The notes beneath the pieces are model-generated. The model worked only from the letters and a program-made list of their open reading frames with translations, did not search any database and was not told where the DNA came from. The position numbers and the translations under genes are program-made. A DNA stretch of 64,000 nt from an uncultured Bacillales bacterium (lineage in GTDB: Bacteria > Bacillota_I > Bacilli_A > RFN20 > CAG-288): contig CALNAX010000044.1 of the NCBI GenBank assembly GCA_937874465.1, forward strand, positions 2,212 to 66,211, in the 5' to 3' direction. This document shows, in pieces, positions 36,180 through 46,589 of the stretch (within the stretch, counting starts at the first letter, position 1; the number at the start of each line of letters is the position of its first letter).

Positions 36180-39100
36180 CTAATTGCCATTCGGGTCTTG
36201 TCCGGGTTTGGAAGAAGAGGCGTCGGCCGTCTTGGCAGGACCGTCATCGGGCTTGGGCGCCACGATCGTATCGGCCCTGATGGGCAGGATCTTCTTGGCC
36301 GTGTCCTCGTATAGGTCAAGGTAGGAGACCTGGCGCTTGTCGTCGTGGATTGCCACCAGCGCTTCGTCGACCAGCTTGGCGAGGTCGCGCAGCTTCTCGG
36401 CCGGGGTCGAGATCAGGCCCTGGAGGCCGAAGGACCTAAGCAGGCCGACCGCTTCCTTGATGCGGACCGCATCCATCTTGGAGAAGGCCTCGTCGAAGAT
36501 CACGAGCCTAAGCGTGTCCGCATCCTGGCTGACCCGATAGAGCTGGGCGAAGGAGGCCAAGATCGAGATGTAGAACGGCGTCTGCGTCTCCCCTCCCGAT
36601 TGACGCCTGAAGGTCCGGGCCAAGGAAGACTCCACGGCATTGGGGCCCTCGCCGCGCTTGACCAACAGATCGAAATTGAGGTAAGTGCGATAGTCGGTGA
36701 ATTTCTCGATGTTGTTAAGGATCCGCTCCTTGTCCTGGATGGTGCTGTCCTGGGAATCGGAGATGAGGCCGAAGAGCTGGTCCATCAGGTCCTTGTACTT
36801 CTCGAGGAAGACGTCCTCGGCATCCCCGGCCGAAAGGAGCGCGGGATCCATCATCATGTTGTAATACTCGAGGTAGTCCTTGTTGGGCACGACCGTGAAC
36901 CGATACCTGTCCCGGCCGAAGCGCACGTCGGCCAAGGCATCGTTCAATTCCTTTATCTGGCTCTCCACGGTCTGGATCAGGGAGCGGAGCTTGAAGATGA
37001 AGTCGTCCTTGAATTCCTTGATGGCATCGTCATGGGCCTGGGCGATCTTCTTCTCGTATTGGGGCAATAGGACGCCCTGCAGACCTTCGAGCTCGCGGTC
37101 GAACACTTCGTTGGTGGTGTCGTCAGACACATCGTAGGAAAGATTGTAGACGGTGACATATTGCGACCGGAGCCTGAGGAGCTGATCGTGCTGGGCCTTC
37201 TGCCTGTTTTGGTAGCGGACATAGCGGGAATTGGCTTCCCTTACGATCTGGGCAGTGTCCATGTCCTTGGCCAGCTCGTCGTAGACCTTGGAGAAATTAT
37301 CCTCCACGTCCTTGGGGTCGAAGGCCGAAAGCTTCTGCTGGTTGGTCCTCAACACATCTTCCTTGCCTGGCAGCACTTCGGTCTGAATACGCCTGATCTC
37401 AAGCTGGCAACCGCCCTTTTCCTCCGTGAGTTGCTCCTTACGCGAATTGAGATCCAAAAGGTCCTGGTCGATGGCCTTGATCTTGTCGTCGATGGCGGCC
37501 ACATCCTGAAGGGTGCCTTCATGCATCTGGGTGGAAAGACGTTGGACGTTCTCCTCGTATTGGGGAATCAGGTTAAGGTTTAGAAGGTCGTCCCGGTAGG
37601 TCTTGGCCTCCTGGGCCGACATCGTTGCGACCGCAGTCAGCGGATAGAGGCGATCCTTGAGGTCGGTGAAGACGGAGACTTGACGATCCAGGACCTGGAA
37701 CTGGTCGTGGATGCCTTGGGCCGAACCCATATCGACCCGGGTCCCGAGGAAATAGTTGTTGGGTTTTCGCAGATACCAGGTGGAAAAGTTGCGATAGCCG
37801 GTGCAATCGGCCAAAAGGCCGTGCCCGGAATCCCGGGCTTCCTCGAAGGTCTCGCATTTCTTGATGGTGCCCAGAAGGTAATCGGCATAGGCCCGGGCCT
37901 CCTCGTCCTTGGTGGTCAAAAGCCGGGCCAGGGAATCGGGATGGGCCGGATGGTCTTCGACGAAGGAAATGACCCTCTCCGAATCCACGATGTTTATGCC
38001 ATAGAACCCATAGTTGCCGACGATTTCCCTGAGGATCCTATAGGCCTCGGAATAGTATTGGGGCGTGACGAAGACATTGAAGCGGTTGTTGCCCAAGGAG
38101 GCTTCCAGGGCATTGGACCACGCCGGGTCGTTTACGTCCACCAGATCGCAGAAGACCTTGACCTGGGCCTCGGGATGGCGCGCCTTCAGATCGTCGGTAA
38201 GTTCCTTAAGGCATTGACGGTAGATCGAGGGGAACGGCTTGATGCCCGAGCTTACGGACTTGATCTGGAGGGAGAGATCGTTCTTGGCGGTCGAAAGCTT
38301 ATAGACCATCTGCTCGCAATCGGCATAGAGGGCAGCGCCCCTGTTCCGATAGGAATCCATGTCCTTCTGGAGGTTCTCCAGGGAACTGGGTTCGACCTGG
38401 CCTTGACCGGCCTTTGCTACGATTTCCTGACACTCCTTGGCGATCTCGGCGGAGAATTCCAAAAGGTCGGCATAGGTGTCCTTCTGTCTCTCGTCAAGTC
38501 CCAAGGTGTCCAGGTCAAGTCCCTTCAAGGCCGTTATCACGGAATTGGCGATGGTCGCGAAGCCCTCGCAGTACTGACCGACCTGTTTGTTTATGTTTCC
38601 GGCCGCAAGTTTCAAGGCCGCGATCTTCTGCTCGTAGTCGGCCTTCTTGGCCGCCAGGCTCGAAGACAGGGAGAAACCGGACGATGACATCTTCTTGGCC
38701 AGGTAGTCTTCCTTCTCGTTGGAAAGTTCCTTGGTCTGGCTGTCGATCTGGGTGAGTTCCAAGGCAATGGCGGCCAGGCGGTTTTGGTTCTCGACTACCT
38801 TGTTCTTGAATCCCTCCAGTTCCTTCTTGGCATATTCGAAGTTGGCCCGGGCCGTCACATACGACAAGGCACCCATATCCTTGTTCAGCTTGGCATACTG
38901 GTCGAAGGCATCCTTGATGGCCTTAAGGGCGGCGATCTTCTGGCGGATCCTTTCCGATTCCGCCTGCAAGAGACGGTACTGCTCGATATTCTTCTGCATC
39001 GGGGTGATGTCGACGTTATAGTCCACGTCGCAGACGAACTCGGTGATGAACTGGGAAATGTCGGAGATGGGTACGAAGGAGACCGACTTCTTGAAGAGAG

Positions 39101-39689
39101 TGAAGTACTTGTCGGGAAGGTTCCCGAATATCACCTTAAGGTATTGCTTGTACTGCTCGTTGGTATCGAAGAAGCGATACTGGGAAGATTTGTAGTTCTC
39201 GGACAAGAATTCGGCCAATTCCCGATAGGTCAAAGGCCGGGGCTCCTTGTTGTCCAAGAGGTCCTTGTTGGTGAAATTGTTGGCCGGGAAAGCCGAGTCC
39301 AGGGCAAAGAAGTGGCGCTCGTCACGTCCGTCCGCATAAGAATCGAAGACTATTCCCAGGGTAAAGGAGTTCTCCTTCCTGGTGTCGTAGAACTCCAAGG
39401 CTATGTAGGAGGTGAAACGTCCGGGGCGCAAGACGGCGACCTTTCCGGTCGCATCCTCCCCCGTCTCCCCTCGCAAGTAACCCCTAAGGGTCCTCCCGTT
39501 CCTGTCGTTGGCGGCCTTGTTGAAGTTGCGGCCGGTGGTATCGCCCAAAAGGACGATCTGCAAGGCATCGATTATGGTGGACTTGCCGGTTCCGTTGGCG
39601 CCGGTAAGGAAGGTTATGTTCTCGACATTGACCGTAGTGTTGACGAAATAGTGCCAGTTGATCAGGCGCAGCTTTGTCAGTTTAATCAT
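36180..39689 (-). CDS. jetC: SMC-like ATPase, Wadjet JetC/MksB
   Basis: 'LRLINWHYF', Walker A 'GANGTGKSTIIDA', 'FNKAA...RTLRGY', long coiled coils, 'FTDYRTY', signature 'SGGETQTPFY' and Walker B 'FDEAFSKMD'. Confidence 0.9.
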   Translation of the reverse strand: MIKLTKLRLINWHYFVNTTVNVENITFLTGANGTGKSTIIDALQIVLLGDTTGRNFNKAANDRNGRTLRGYLRGETGEDATGKVAVLRPGRFTSYIALEFYDTRKENSFTLGIVFDSYADGRDERHFFALDSAFPANNFTNKDLLDNKEPRPLTYRELAEFLSENYKSSQYRFFDTNEQYKQYLKVIFGNLPDKYFTLFKKSVSFVPISDISQFITEFVCDVDYNVDITPMQKNIEQYRLLQAESERIRQKIAALKAIKDAFDQYAKLNKDMGALSYVTARANFEYAKKELEGFKNKVVENQNRLAAIALELTQIDSQTKELSNEKEDYLAKKMSSSGFSLSSSLAAKKADYEQKIAALKLAAGNINKQVGQYCEGFATIANSVITALKGLDLDTLGLDERQKDTYADLLEFSAEIAKECQEIVAKAGQGQVEPSSLENLQKDMDSYRNRGAALYADCEQMVYKLSTAKNDLSLQIKSVSSGIKPFPSIYRQCLKELTDDLKARHPEAQVKVFCDLVDVNDPAWSNALEASLGNNRFNVFVTPQYYSEAYRILREIVGNYGFYGINIVDSERVISFVEDHPAHPDSLARLLTTKDEEARAYADYLLGTIKKCETFEEARDSGHGLLADCTGYRNFSTWYLRKPNNYFLGTRVDMGSAQGIHDQFQVLDRQVSVFTDLKDRLYPLTAVATMSAQEAKTYRDDLLNLNLIPQYEENVQRLSTQMHEGTLQDVAAIDDKIKAIDQDLLDLNSRKEQLTEEKGGCQLEIRRIQTEVLPGKEDVLRTNQQKLSAFDPKDVEDNFSKVYDELAKDMDTAQIVREANSRYVRYQNRQKAQHDQLLRLRSQYVTVYNLSYDVSDDTTNEVFDRELEGLQGVLLPQYEKKIAQAHDDAIKEFKDDFIFKLRSLIQTVESQIKELNDALADVRFGRDRYRFTVVPNKDYLEYYNMMMDPALLSAGDAEDVFLEKYKDLMDQLFGLISDSQDSTIQDKERILNNIEKFTDYRTYLNFDLLVKRGEGPNAVESSLARTFRRQSGGETQTPFYISILASFAQLYRVSQDADTLRLVIFDEAFSKMDAVRIKEAVGLLRSFGLQGLISTPAEKLRDLAKLVDEALVAIHDDKRQVSYLDLYEDTAKKILPIRADTIVAPKPDDGPAKTADASSSKPGQDPNGN

Positions 39690-39700
39690 TTCACCCTCCA

Positions 39701-40417
39701 CTAGAAGCCGGTGGGAGCCGGCCCTTGGTCGGTCTCCTTCGCGGTCAAAACGTCCTTCCCCTCTTCATCCGAGGCGGAATCCTCCCCGTTTCCGAAGGGC
39801 TCGCCCTCAGCCCCCTCGGCACCGGTGAGGTAGCGGTAGAGGGCATTGAGCTTGTCGTTGGAGATGACGAACCTTATCGAGGGCAAGATGTAGAAGGAAT
39901 ACGTGGGATCGTTGAAGGAGCCCTTGCCCCGGGCGATGACATTGAAGGAAGCCAGGTCCCGCATGGCCGAGGAAACGGTCTGGAGAGTCAAGCGCTTAGA
40001 CGCGGTCGTCAAGCCCAGATCCGAAAGTTCCTGCCGGAGCTGATTGGAATCCATGGCCACTTCCAAGACATTGGGAGCCTTGGATATCTGCTCCTCGTAA
40101 TAGATCCTCAGGGCATAGACGACCAAGGTGGTCGAAGTGTCTACATGCTGGCGGTTCTTGTCCTCATCGCTCCTGAGGAAGATGACGCCGGAGTCATCGT
40201 CCTTGGAAAGAGTCATCCCCATGTAGCCCAGATAGTCTTCGAACAGGGAGAAATGTCGCTCGATGAAACTGTAGTCATAGGAGATCTTGTCCATGCCCGT
40301 CGTCCTATCGTATTTCTTCCTTACCACGTAGCAATGGAAAAGGAGCTCGTCCACCGTATCGGTGAACTGGTTCTTCTCCCCAGCCGTAAGTTTGTCGAAA
40401 TCCTCTGCGAATGACAT
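39701..40417 (-). CDS. jetB: Wadjet JetB/MksE-like kite subunit (DUF4194-like)
   Basis: 238 aa with 'YSFIERHFSLFEDYLGYMG..L', 'TLVVYALRIYYEE' and 'ILPSIRF'; lies between the jetA-like and jetC genes. Confidence 0.82.
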   Translation of the reverse strand: MSFAEDFDKLTAGEKNQFTDTVDELLFHCYVVRKKYDRTTGMDKISYDYSFIERHFSLFEDYLGYMGMTLSKDDDSGVIFLRSDEDKNRQHVDTSTTLVVYALRIYYEEQISKAPNVLEVAMDSNQLRQELSDLGLTTASKRLTLQTVSSAMRDLASFNVIARGKGSFNDPTYSFYILPSIRFVISNDKLNALYRYLTGAEGAEGEPFGNGEDSASDEEGKDVLTAKETDQGPAPTGF

Positions 40418-40419
40418 GA

Positions 40420-41904
40420 TCAGGCAATCTCCTTTCTGGTAAGGACGTAAAGCGGCATCCTGTAGCCATGCGAAACTATCTCGTCCTTCTCCCTCTTGAT
40501 GGTGAAGAAGGAGGTGTTGAACTCCGCCTTCACCAATCCGAGGATGAATAGCACCAAGTCATCTATGGTGTCGATGGGGACGTCGGAAGAGGTAATCTCC
40601 CCCTTCCCGGCGAAGGCCTTCTTCATGAAGGCGTCGATGGCTTCCTCGGAATACTGGCTGACCTCGTTGCTGAGGAAGTCGTTCATCAGCCCCTCGCTAT
40701 CGGCCGCATCGAAGTCGGCCGGAAGTCCCATCGGGTCTTCCTCGGTTCGTCTCTCGCGCCTGAACGGCATGAACAGGGAATCGGAGTCGAAGATCGCCCC
40801 CCGATACAGGGAAACCGTGTCCATGACCTTGGCCAGAAGCGTTGAGGTCTCCCCATCGGCATTGGGGTGCTTCTTCATCTCGCCGGCCAAGGAAGCGCAG
40901 ATCTTGTCCAGCTTGCCCTTCATGGACCTGTCCGTGCCGGCCAGGTAGTTGACCTTGCGCTGGACCGCCTCGGTATAGTCCGAATTGGCCTTGTCTATCT
41001 CCTGGAAGCTGTGGTTCAGACGGTCGAAGACGTCGATGACCCTATTGAGGCTTGCTATCACCAAATCGGTGGCCCCTCCGATCGACAAACCCTGACCGGT
41101 GGGATCCAAACGGGCCTGGGAGGCCAATTTGGCAACCAAGCGCTCGTCGCGCAGCCACCTGGTCAGTATCTCGACGGTCGGACGGGAATAAAGCCCCAGG
41201 GAATCATAGGTCTTCATCGGGTGGTAGATGGGATCGCCGACCTCGGTCTTGAAATCGTCGAAATGCTGGTGCAGGGCCTCGTTGGGGCTAAAGACATTGG
41301 TCAGGCGGTGTTTGAAGACCACGATGGAGTGATGGAGCAAGGTCACCGAAAGCTCCAGCTCATCGGAACTATGGACCGCGTTGGCCAAGGAGCGGTACAT
41401 GTACTCGTCTTCCTTTTGGTCCTCCAGCTGCAACTCCGAATAGGTCTGATGGACCAAGGGCATATAAGTCGAGACATCGGAAGTTAGGGAGTCCAAAAGC
41501 TCCAGCATCCTTATCGAGTAGCTGGGAAGGAAGACGTAGTCGTTGCCGCTCTTGTAGTCCCTGTCGATCTGGAACCAGCCGCAGGTCATGAGCTTCCTCA
41601 CCACATAGGCAAACTTGTCATCGGGCTGGTTGGCCTTTTCGTCCACCTCCTCGCCTTCCTCACGGTCGTCGGCCTTATCCGCCTGGATGCTGAAGAGATC
41701 CATGATGTCCTGGCCGTGGGAGCGAAGCATCGCCATGTAGTCCGCCTTCAGGATCCGGGAACGGTAGATCTTTAGGCAGTGGTACAGCGTTATCAGGGCA
41801 TAGGCGTAAACCGCCTTGTACTTCCTCGATAGGGGGGCAAAGAAGCCATCCGGCAAACGGTCGAAAAGCCTGGCATTACCATGCTGGTCGAAAGCAGTGT
41901 CCAC
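40420..41904 (-). CDS. jetA: Wadjet JetA/MksF-like kleisin (type II, DUF5716-like)
   Basis: 'LFDRLPDGFFAPLS...Y...L..LY', 'VVRKLMTCGWF' and 'YHPMKTYDS...Y'; GTG start after AAGGAGG. Confidence 0.8.
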   Translation of the reverse strand: MDTAFDQHGNARLFDRLPDGFFAPLSRKYKAVYAYALITLYHCLKIYRSRILKADYMAMLRSHGQDIMDLFSIQADKADDREEGEEVDEKANQPDDKFAYVVRKLMTCGWFQIDRDYKSGNDYVFLPSYSIRMLELLDSLTSDVSTYMPLVHQTYSELQLEDQKEDEYMYRSLANAVHSSDELELSVTLLHHSIVVFKHRLTNVFSPNEALHQHFDDFKTEVGDPIYHPMKTYDSLGLYSRPTVEILTRWLRDERLVAKLASQARLDPTGQGLSIGGATDLVIASLNRVIDVFDRLNHSFQEIDKANSDYTEAVQRKVNYLAGTDRSMKGKLDKICASLAGEMKKHPNADGETSTLLAKVMDTVSLYRGAIFDSDSLFMPFRRERRTEEDPMGLPADFDAADSEGLMNDFLSNEVSQYSEEAIDAFMKKAFAGKGEITSSDVPIDTIDDLVLFILGLVKAEFNTSFFTIKREKDEIVSHGYRMPLYVLTRKEIA

Positions 41905-42059
41905 AGTGTCTAGCTCCTCCTTGAAAATCGCGGCCGGTTTGCTCCCTGGCAATGGCCAGGTTGGAATATCCCTTTATTCGCTAGGATTATAAACGTATAT
42001 GGGAATCGAAGTATAAGGAAACCGGTTCATTTGGCTTATACTTTCTCATTGAGAGCAAT

Positions 42060-42971
42060 ATGGCAAAAGAAAACAGCGGCGTGATTGCTACCAGCCCGAA
42101 CCTCAGGAGCCAAAGCCTTGGGGAGGGGAGCAAGGCCAAGAAAAGGAAGAGGGTCTGGGAGATCGACTTCTTGAGGGGTTTTTTCCTTACGGGAGTCCTC
42201 CTGTTCCATCTCGCCTATGACTTCTCGGCCCTGCCCTATGTCTTCTACAACTTCTACGAAGTGGCGCCTTGGGATTTCATCAAGTTCTCCGCCTGGGTCT
42301 CAGACGTGATCTACAACCCCGACATGATCTGGGGCGTAAGGTTTTTCTCCGGGGGCTTCTTGGTGATCACCGGTATCTCCTGTGCCTTTTCCAGGAACAA
42401 CCTCGTCAGGGGCCTAAAGATACTGGCGGTGGCCTACTTGATAACCTTGGCAACGGCCATCTTGACCTACTTGTTGGACACCGACATGTTCATCGCCTTC
42501 GGAATACTCCATTGCATCGGCTTCTCCCTGATAGTAGTGGGACTGATCGAGTGGGTGGAGATAAAGGTCGGGCACCGCCTTTCGGCCTGGATCGTCTTGG
42601 GACTGGGCCTGGCCATTTGGGCCTTGGGCTATTGGTTCATCTACGGCCTGGGTGCCGAAGACATGGTCTTGCCGGTCGAGGACTTGACGCCCTGGGGTTA
42701 CCTAAGGGTCATGTTTGGCTTGGAGGTGATGTCGGGTGATACTTTCGGCTTGGTGCCTAATGCGGGCAAGATCTTGGTAGGCGTGGCGCTGGGAAGGCTT
42801 CTGTACGAAAAGAACAAGGCGAGTCTTCTTCCCCGTTTGGATGGTAGATGGGGCAAGCCCCTGGAATTCATGGGACGACACACCTTCGCCTTCTATATCC
42901 TTTGCCAGCCGGTTTACATACTCATCCTGGCCGCGGTGCTCTTGCCACAGGGCTTCAGGATCTGGTTTTGA
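42060..42971 (+). CDS. DUF1624 / HGSNAT-like membrane acyltransferase
   Basis: 'RVWEIDFLRG...LFHLAYD', 'FLVITGISC', 'FGILHCIG' and 'FMGRHTFAFY..QP'. Confidence 0.85.
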   Translation: MAKENSGVIATSPNLRSQSLGEGSKAKKRKRVWEIDFLRGFFLTGVLLFHLAYDFSALPYVFYNFYEVAPWDFIKFSAWVSDVIYNPDMIWGVRFFSGGFLVITGISCAFSRNNLVRGLKILAVAYLITLATAILTYLLDTDMFIAFGILHCIGFSLIVVGLIEWVEIKVGHRLSAWIVLGLGLAIWALGYWFIYGLGAEDMVLPVEDLTPWGYLRVMFGLEVMSGDTFGLVPNAGKILVGVALGRLLYEKNKASLLPRLDGRWGKPLEFMGRHTFAFYILCQPVYILILAAVLLPQGFRIWF

Positions 42972-42980
42972 GGCAAGGAC

Positions 42981-44579
42981 ATGACACTCTACGAAAACAT
43001 TTTGAGGAGTTCCAGAGGTTACCACGGTCCGGCGTTGACCTTCCTCAACCAGACCGTAAACTACGACGAACTTAAAAAGCACATAAAGGACTTGGGCCAG
43101 CGCCTTTCCCATTTGGGAATAAAGAAGGACGACGTCGTCTGCCTCTGCGCCCCAAACATTCCCCAGACGGTCTACGCCATGTATGCTCTGGACATGATCG
43201 GCGCCATTTCCTTCATCGTCCATCCCCTCTTCCCGGTTTTGGGACTCAAGGAAGAGCTCAAGCGGACCAAGGCCAAGTTGCTGTTGGTCATCGACCAGCG
43301 CTACTCCTATTACGCCAAACAGATAGGGGAAGTCCCCATCTATGCCCTTTCGGCCCAATTCGACCTCCCCTTTCTCTTCAGGCCTTTCTACCGGATGATC
43401 TATGCCAAGGAACTGAAGGGATTGAAGAGGGGGGATTTCCTGGAGAACGTCCCCAAGAAGCCCCTGGCGGAAATCGCGGTGAACCATGACGATGCAAAGC
43501 CCAGCTTCTATCTGGAATCGGGCGGGACAACCGGCAAGTCGAAGATAGTGGTCCTGAACGACTATGCCGTATCCTTCCCAGGGTCTCAGGCCACCTGGAT
43601 CCTGGAGAAGACCACTAAGGATGTGGTGGGAACCACGATGATCGGCCTCCTTCCCATGTTCCACGGCTTCGGCTTGGCAATGGGTGTCAATGCCCCTTTG
43701 GCAAACAAGGCGGTCTCGGCCCTGATGGTCAGTTACGACGGCAAGCGGATAACCCGTCTCATGGAGAAGGGCAAACTTGATTACCTGATCTGCATCCCCT
43801 ACATGGCCCGCAAGCTTTTGGACAACAAGCATTTCAAGGGCCGCAAGCTGAAGAATCTCGACCATGCCTTCATCGGGGCCGACAAGCCGATGCAATCCCT
43901 GTTTAGGGAATTTGACCAACGCCTGGAAGAGGCTGGCTCCAAGTGCCGCCTTTTGGAAGGCTATGGCCTGACCGAGACCGTCACGGTGATAACGGTCAAC
44001 CGCCTAGCCGCAAGGAAGGTCGGCTCGGTCGGCAGGCCCCTCAAGGGCGTCAACCTCAGGATAGTCGACGAAAACGGCAAGGTCCTTCCCTTTGGCAGGC
44101 CAGGCCAGATCGAGATCGATTGCCCCTGCATGATGCTTGGCTATCTCGATGATCCAAAGGCAACAGCCGAGGCTTTCGCCTACGACGACCGGGGAAAAAG
44201 ATGGCTAAAGACCGGCGATGAGGGCTGGCTCGACAAAGACGGCTTCCTCTTCTTCAGGGAGCGGATAAAGAACGTCTTCAAAATCGCCGGCCACAACGTC
44301 TTCCCCAGCGACATCGAAGGCCTCGCGTCGAAAGACGAAAGGCTGATGGCCTTGGCCGCCGTCTGCGTTCCGGCCCCGCGTCACCCCTACGTTCACCTCT
44401 TCATCCAAGTAAAGCCTGGCTTTCCCGAAGGGGAAGTGATAGCCGACCTAAGGAAAGTCTTGTCCGGCACGCTCATTCGCTATTCCGTGCCCGAAAAGAT
44501 CACCGCAGTGTCCAGCATGCCCCGAACCAAGGTGGGCAAGATCGACCGCAAGGCCCTTCTGGAAAGACCAGACATCTAG
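42981..44579 (+). CDS. AMP-dependent acyl-CoA/acyl-ACP synthetase
   Basis: 'SGGTTGKSK', 'LPMFHGFGL', 'EGYGLTET', 'KTGD.G' and 'MPRTKVGKIDRKAL'. Confidence 0.93.
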   Translation: MTLYENILRSSRGYHGPALTFLNQTVNYDELKKHIKDLGQRLSHLGIKKDDVVCLCAPNIPQTVYAMYALDMIGAISFIVHPLFPVLGLKEELKRTKAKLLLVIDQRYSYYAKQIGEVPIYALSAQFDLPFLFRPFYRMIYAKELKGLKRGDFLENVPKKPLAEIAVNHDDAKPSFYLESGGTTGKSKIVVLNDYAVSFPGSQATWILEKTTKDVVGTTMIGLLPMFHGFGLAMGVNAPLANKAVSALMVSYDGKRITRLMEKGKLDYLICIPYMARKLLDNKHFKGRKLKNLDHAFIGADKPMQSLFREFDQRLEEAGSKCRLLEGYGLTETVTVITVNRLAARKVGSVGRPLKGVNLRIVDENGKVLPFGRPGQIEIDCPCMMLGYLDDPKATAEAFAYDDRGKRWLKTGDEGWLDKDGFLFFRERIKNVFKIAGHNVFPSDIEGLASKDERLMALAAVCVPAPRHPYVHLFIQVKPGFPEGEVIADLRKVLSGTLIRYSVPEKITAVSSMPRTKVGKIDRKALLERPDI

Positions 44580-45538
44580 TCCAGGTCCAAGGGCTTGGTT
44601 ATCGTCACCTTGGGGCAGGCCCTGACGATGTCGTAGAAACTCTTCCCGTCAGCCAGCTTTTCCATTGCCAAATCGTCAAGATAGGACAGCGACTTCACCT
44701 TCTTGCCATCCTTGTAGACTTCGACGTCCATGGGATCGACGGGGTCGAAGGGAAAGCGAACGCCATAGACATGGCCCCCGTATTCCGCCTCCAGCCGGTA
44801 ACCCAGGAAGACGAACAGAGGGGCGAGCCCAACGATCTCGTCCCCCTTGAAATCCTCGCTTTCCTTATCGAATTCGATCTCCCCGGTGGCTCCGACGCTG
44901 TCATGGGGATTGTAGAGGGAAAAGAGGGAATAGACGCTGTTCCAAAGAGTCCGTCCCATCCTGGTGAGGATCGTCTGTGCGGTATTGTCGGAAGTGTCAA
45001 GCAAAAAAGTCGTGGCGTTCACGTAGCCATCGAAGGCGATGTCGGGCTTCTTGATGTAGTCCGAGGTGAAGGCGAGAAGGTAGGGATTGACATTCACCTG
45101 CCCCTTCTCGTCCTTTAGCATCGGGGCGAACTTTTGGACCAGCAAGGTCAGTTGGTGGCAGGGTCGATATAGTTTCTCGTACTGCTCGAAGAACCAATAC
45201 AGCAAGGCGTAATAGCCCTGGGCCAGTCTTATCTGGGCTTTCTCGACCCATTGGTCCTCCCTTAGGGAGTCCTTGACATCCTTTAGCGAACCGCCAAGAT
45301 TGCCATTCTCGGCAATCAGCTTATCCAAGTATTTCTGGGCGAGTCCGAAGCCAAAGTCCTGGCTTTTGACATTCCTGCTTCCGGCCACATCCACGAACTC
45401 CCTGAAATAGTGGGCGTCAACGCTTTGGTCCCCATCCGCACCGCTGGTCTTCATGCCTGCGACAAGCTCTTTTAACTCTGGTTTGGAAGCCTCGTCGACG
45501 GCCTCGTAAACAAGAGCGTAAATATCCCTGATATCCAT
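44576..45538 (-). CDS. Hypothetical protein
   Basis: About 320 aa. Start moved to ATG 45538, overlapping the plsC stop, after GAGGA. Confidence 0.78.
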   Translation of the reverse strand: MDIRDIYALVYEAVDEASKPELKELVAGMKTSGADGDQSVDAHYFREFVDVAGSRNVKSQDFGFGLAQKYLDKLIAENGNLGGSLKDVKDSLREDQWVEKAQIRLAQGYYALLYWFFEQYEKLYRPCHQLTLLVQKFAPMLKDEKGQVNVNPYLLAFTSDYIKKPDIAFDGYVNATTFLLDTSDNTAQTILTRMGRTLWNSVYSLFSLYNPHDSVGATGEIEFDKESEDFKGDEIVGLAPLFVFLGYRLEAEYGGHVYGVRFPFDPVDPMDVEVYKDGKKVKSLSYLDDLAMEKLADGKSFYDIVRACPKVTITKPLDLD

Positions 45539-46545
45539 TATTTCCTCTTCCTGGCCTTTCTCTTGATCTCCCTGATCTTGGCCCGTCTCTCCCATTTGGC
45601 CTTGAAGGCATTGTGCCGATCTTCCTTGGTGAACTCGACGGGCCGATACTTCCGCTTGAGGACCGGGTGGGCCTTCTGCCAGAGTTCCAGTTCGGCTTGG
45701 ACCTTTGGCCGATCCGCCTTCCGCTGTTGTTCATATCGCTTTAGCCTCGACCTCACGTCCTTCTCGAATTCCCGGGCGTGGGCTGGTTGGTTCCAATATT
45801 CCAAAAGCCTGGGGTAAAGATCCCTTTGCCTGGCCACTTCCTTGGCCACCTCGTCATGGACCAAGGTCGAAAGCCTGACGGTGGAGAAGTCCCGATAGGC
45901 CTCGTATTCCAGTCGGGGCAGGAAAGTAACCTGAATCGGATAGACCTTATGGTCCGGCTTGTTGAACTGGAGGATGGTGTTCCCGCCAAAGATCGCCACG
46001 GGCACGATGGCGGTCTTGGCGTAATAGGCCGGCTTGAAAGAACCCGGCTTGAATTCCCCCACGGTCCAGTCGACGACGTCGGGAGTCCTGGTCCCCTCGG
46101 GCCAGATGGCGAAATCGCGCCGCCTGTCTTCCTTTAGCTTGTCCACTATCCGCCTCATCGTCCTTATCTCCGACCTTATGTCGTCCCTGTCGAGGTACTC
46201 GCTATCGGTCAAGGACATGATGTCTTTGGCGATGGGGAAGGTGGCGATGGCCTTCTTGGCCACGAAGAAGACCCGATGGCGGAAAAGCATCATCACGATG
46301 GGGGCGTCGAAATCGGACTGGTGGTTCAAGACGAAGACGGTCTGGCCGCCCTTGAGGTTCTCGATCCCCTTGACTATGAACCTGATCCTGAAGGCCTTGA
46401 TGGTGCAGATGGCCATGTCGTGGGCAAAGGCGAAGCGCAAATCGGCCGGAGCCGCTTCCGGATGGTCGGAATAGAAACGGAGGCGCCGATAGCGCCCCGC
46501 CACCAATCTCCCGATGGGCCAGGCAAGTCTGAATAAGTTAGGCAT
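45538..46545 (-). CDS. plsC: 1-acyl-sn-glycerol-3-phosphate acyltransferase
   Basis: 'NHQSDFD' (HxxxxD), 'FVAKK', 'PEGTR' and 'FKPGSF'; basic C-terminal extension. Confidence 0.9.
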   Translation of the reverse strand: MPNLFRLAWPIGRLVAGRYRRLRFYSDHPEAAPADLRFAFAHDMAICTIKAFRIRFIVKGIENLKGGQTVFVLNHQSDFDAPIVMMLFRHRVFFVAKKAIATFPIAKDIMSLTDSEYLDRDDIRSEIRTMRRIVDKLKEDRRRDFAIWPEGTRTPDVVDWTVGEFKPGSFKPAYYAKTAIVPVAIFGGNTILQFNKPDHKVYPIQVTFLPRLEYEAYRDFSTVRLSTLVHDEVAKEVARQRDLYPRLLEYWNQPAHAREFEKDVRSRLKRYEQQRKADRPKVQAELELWQKAHPVLKRKYRPVEFTKEDRHNAFKAKWERRAKIREIKRKARKRK

Positions 46546-46589
46546 CGATTCCCTCTCGTAGCATCCTAAAGCGGATTATAGCCAAAACG

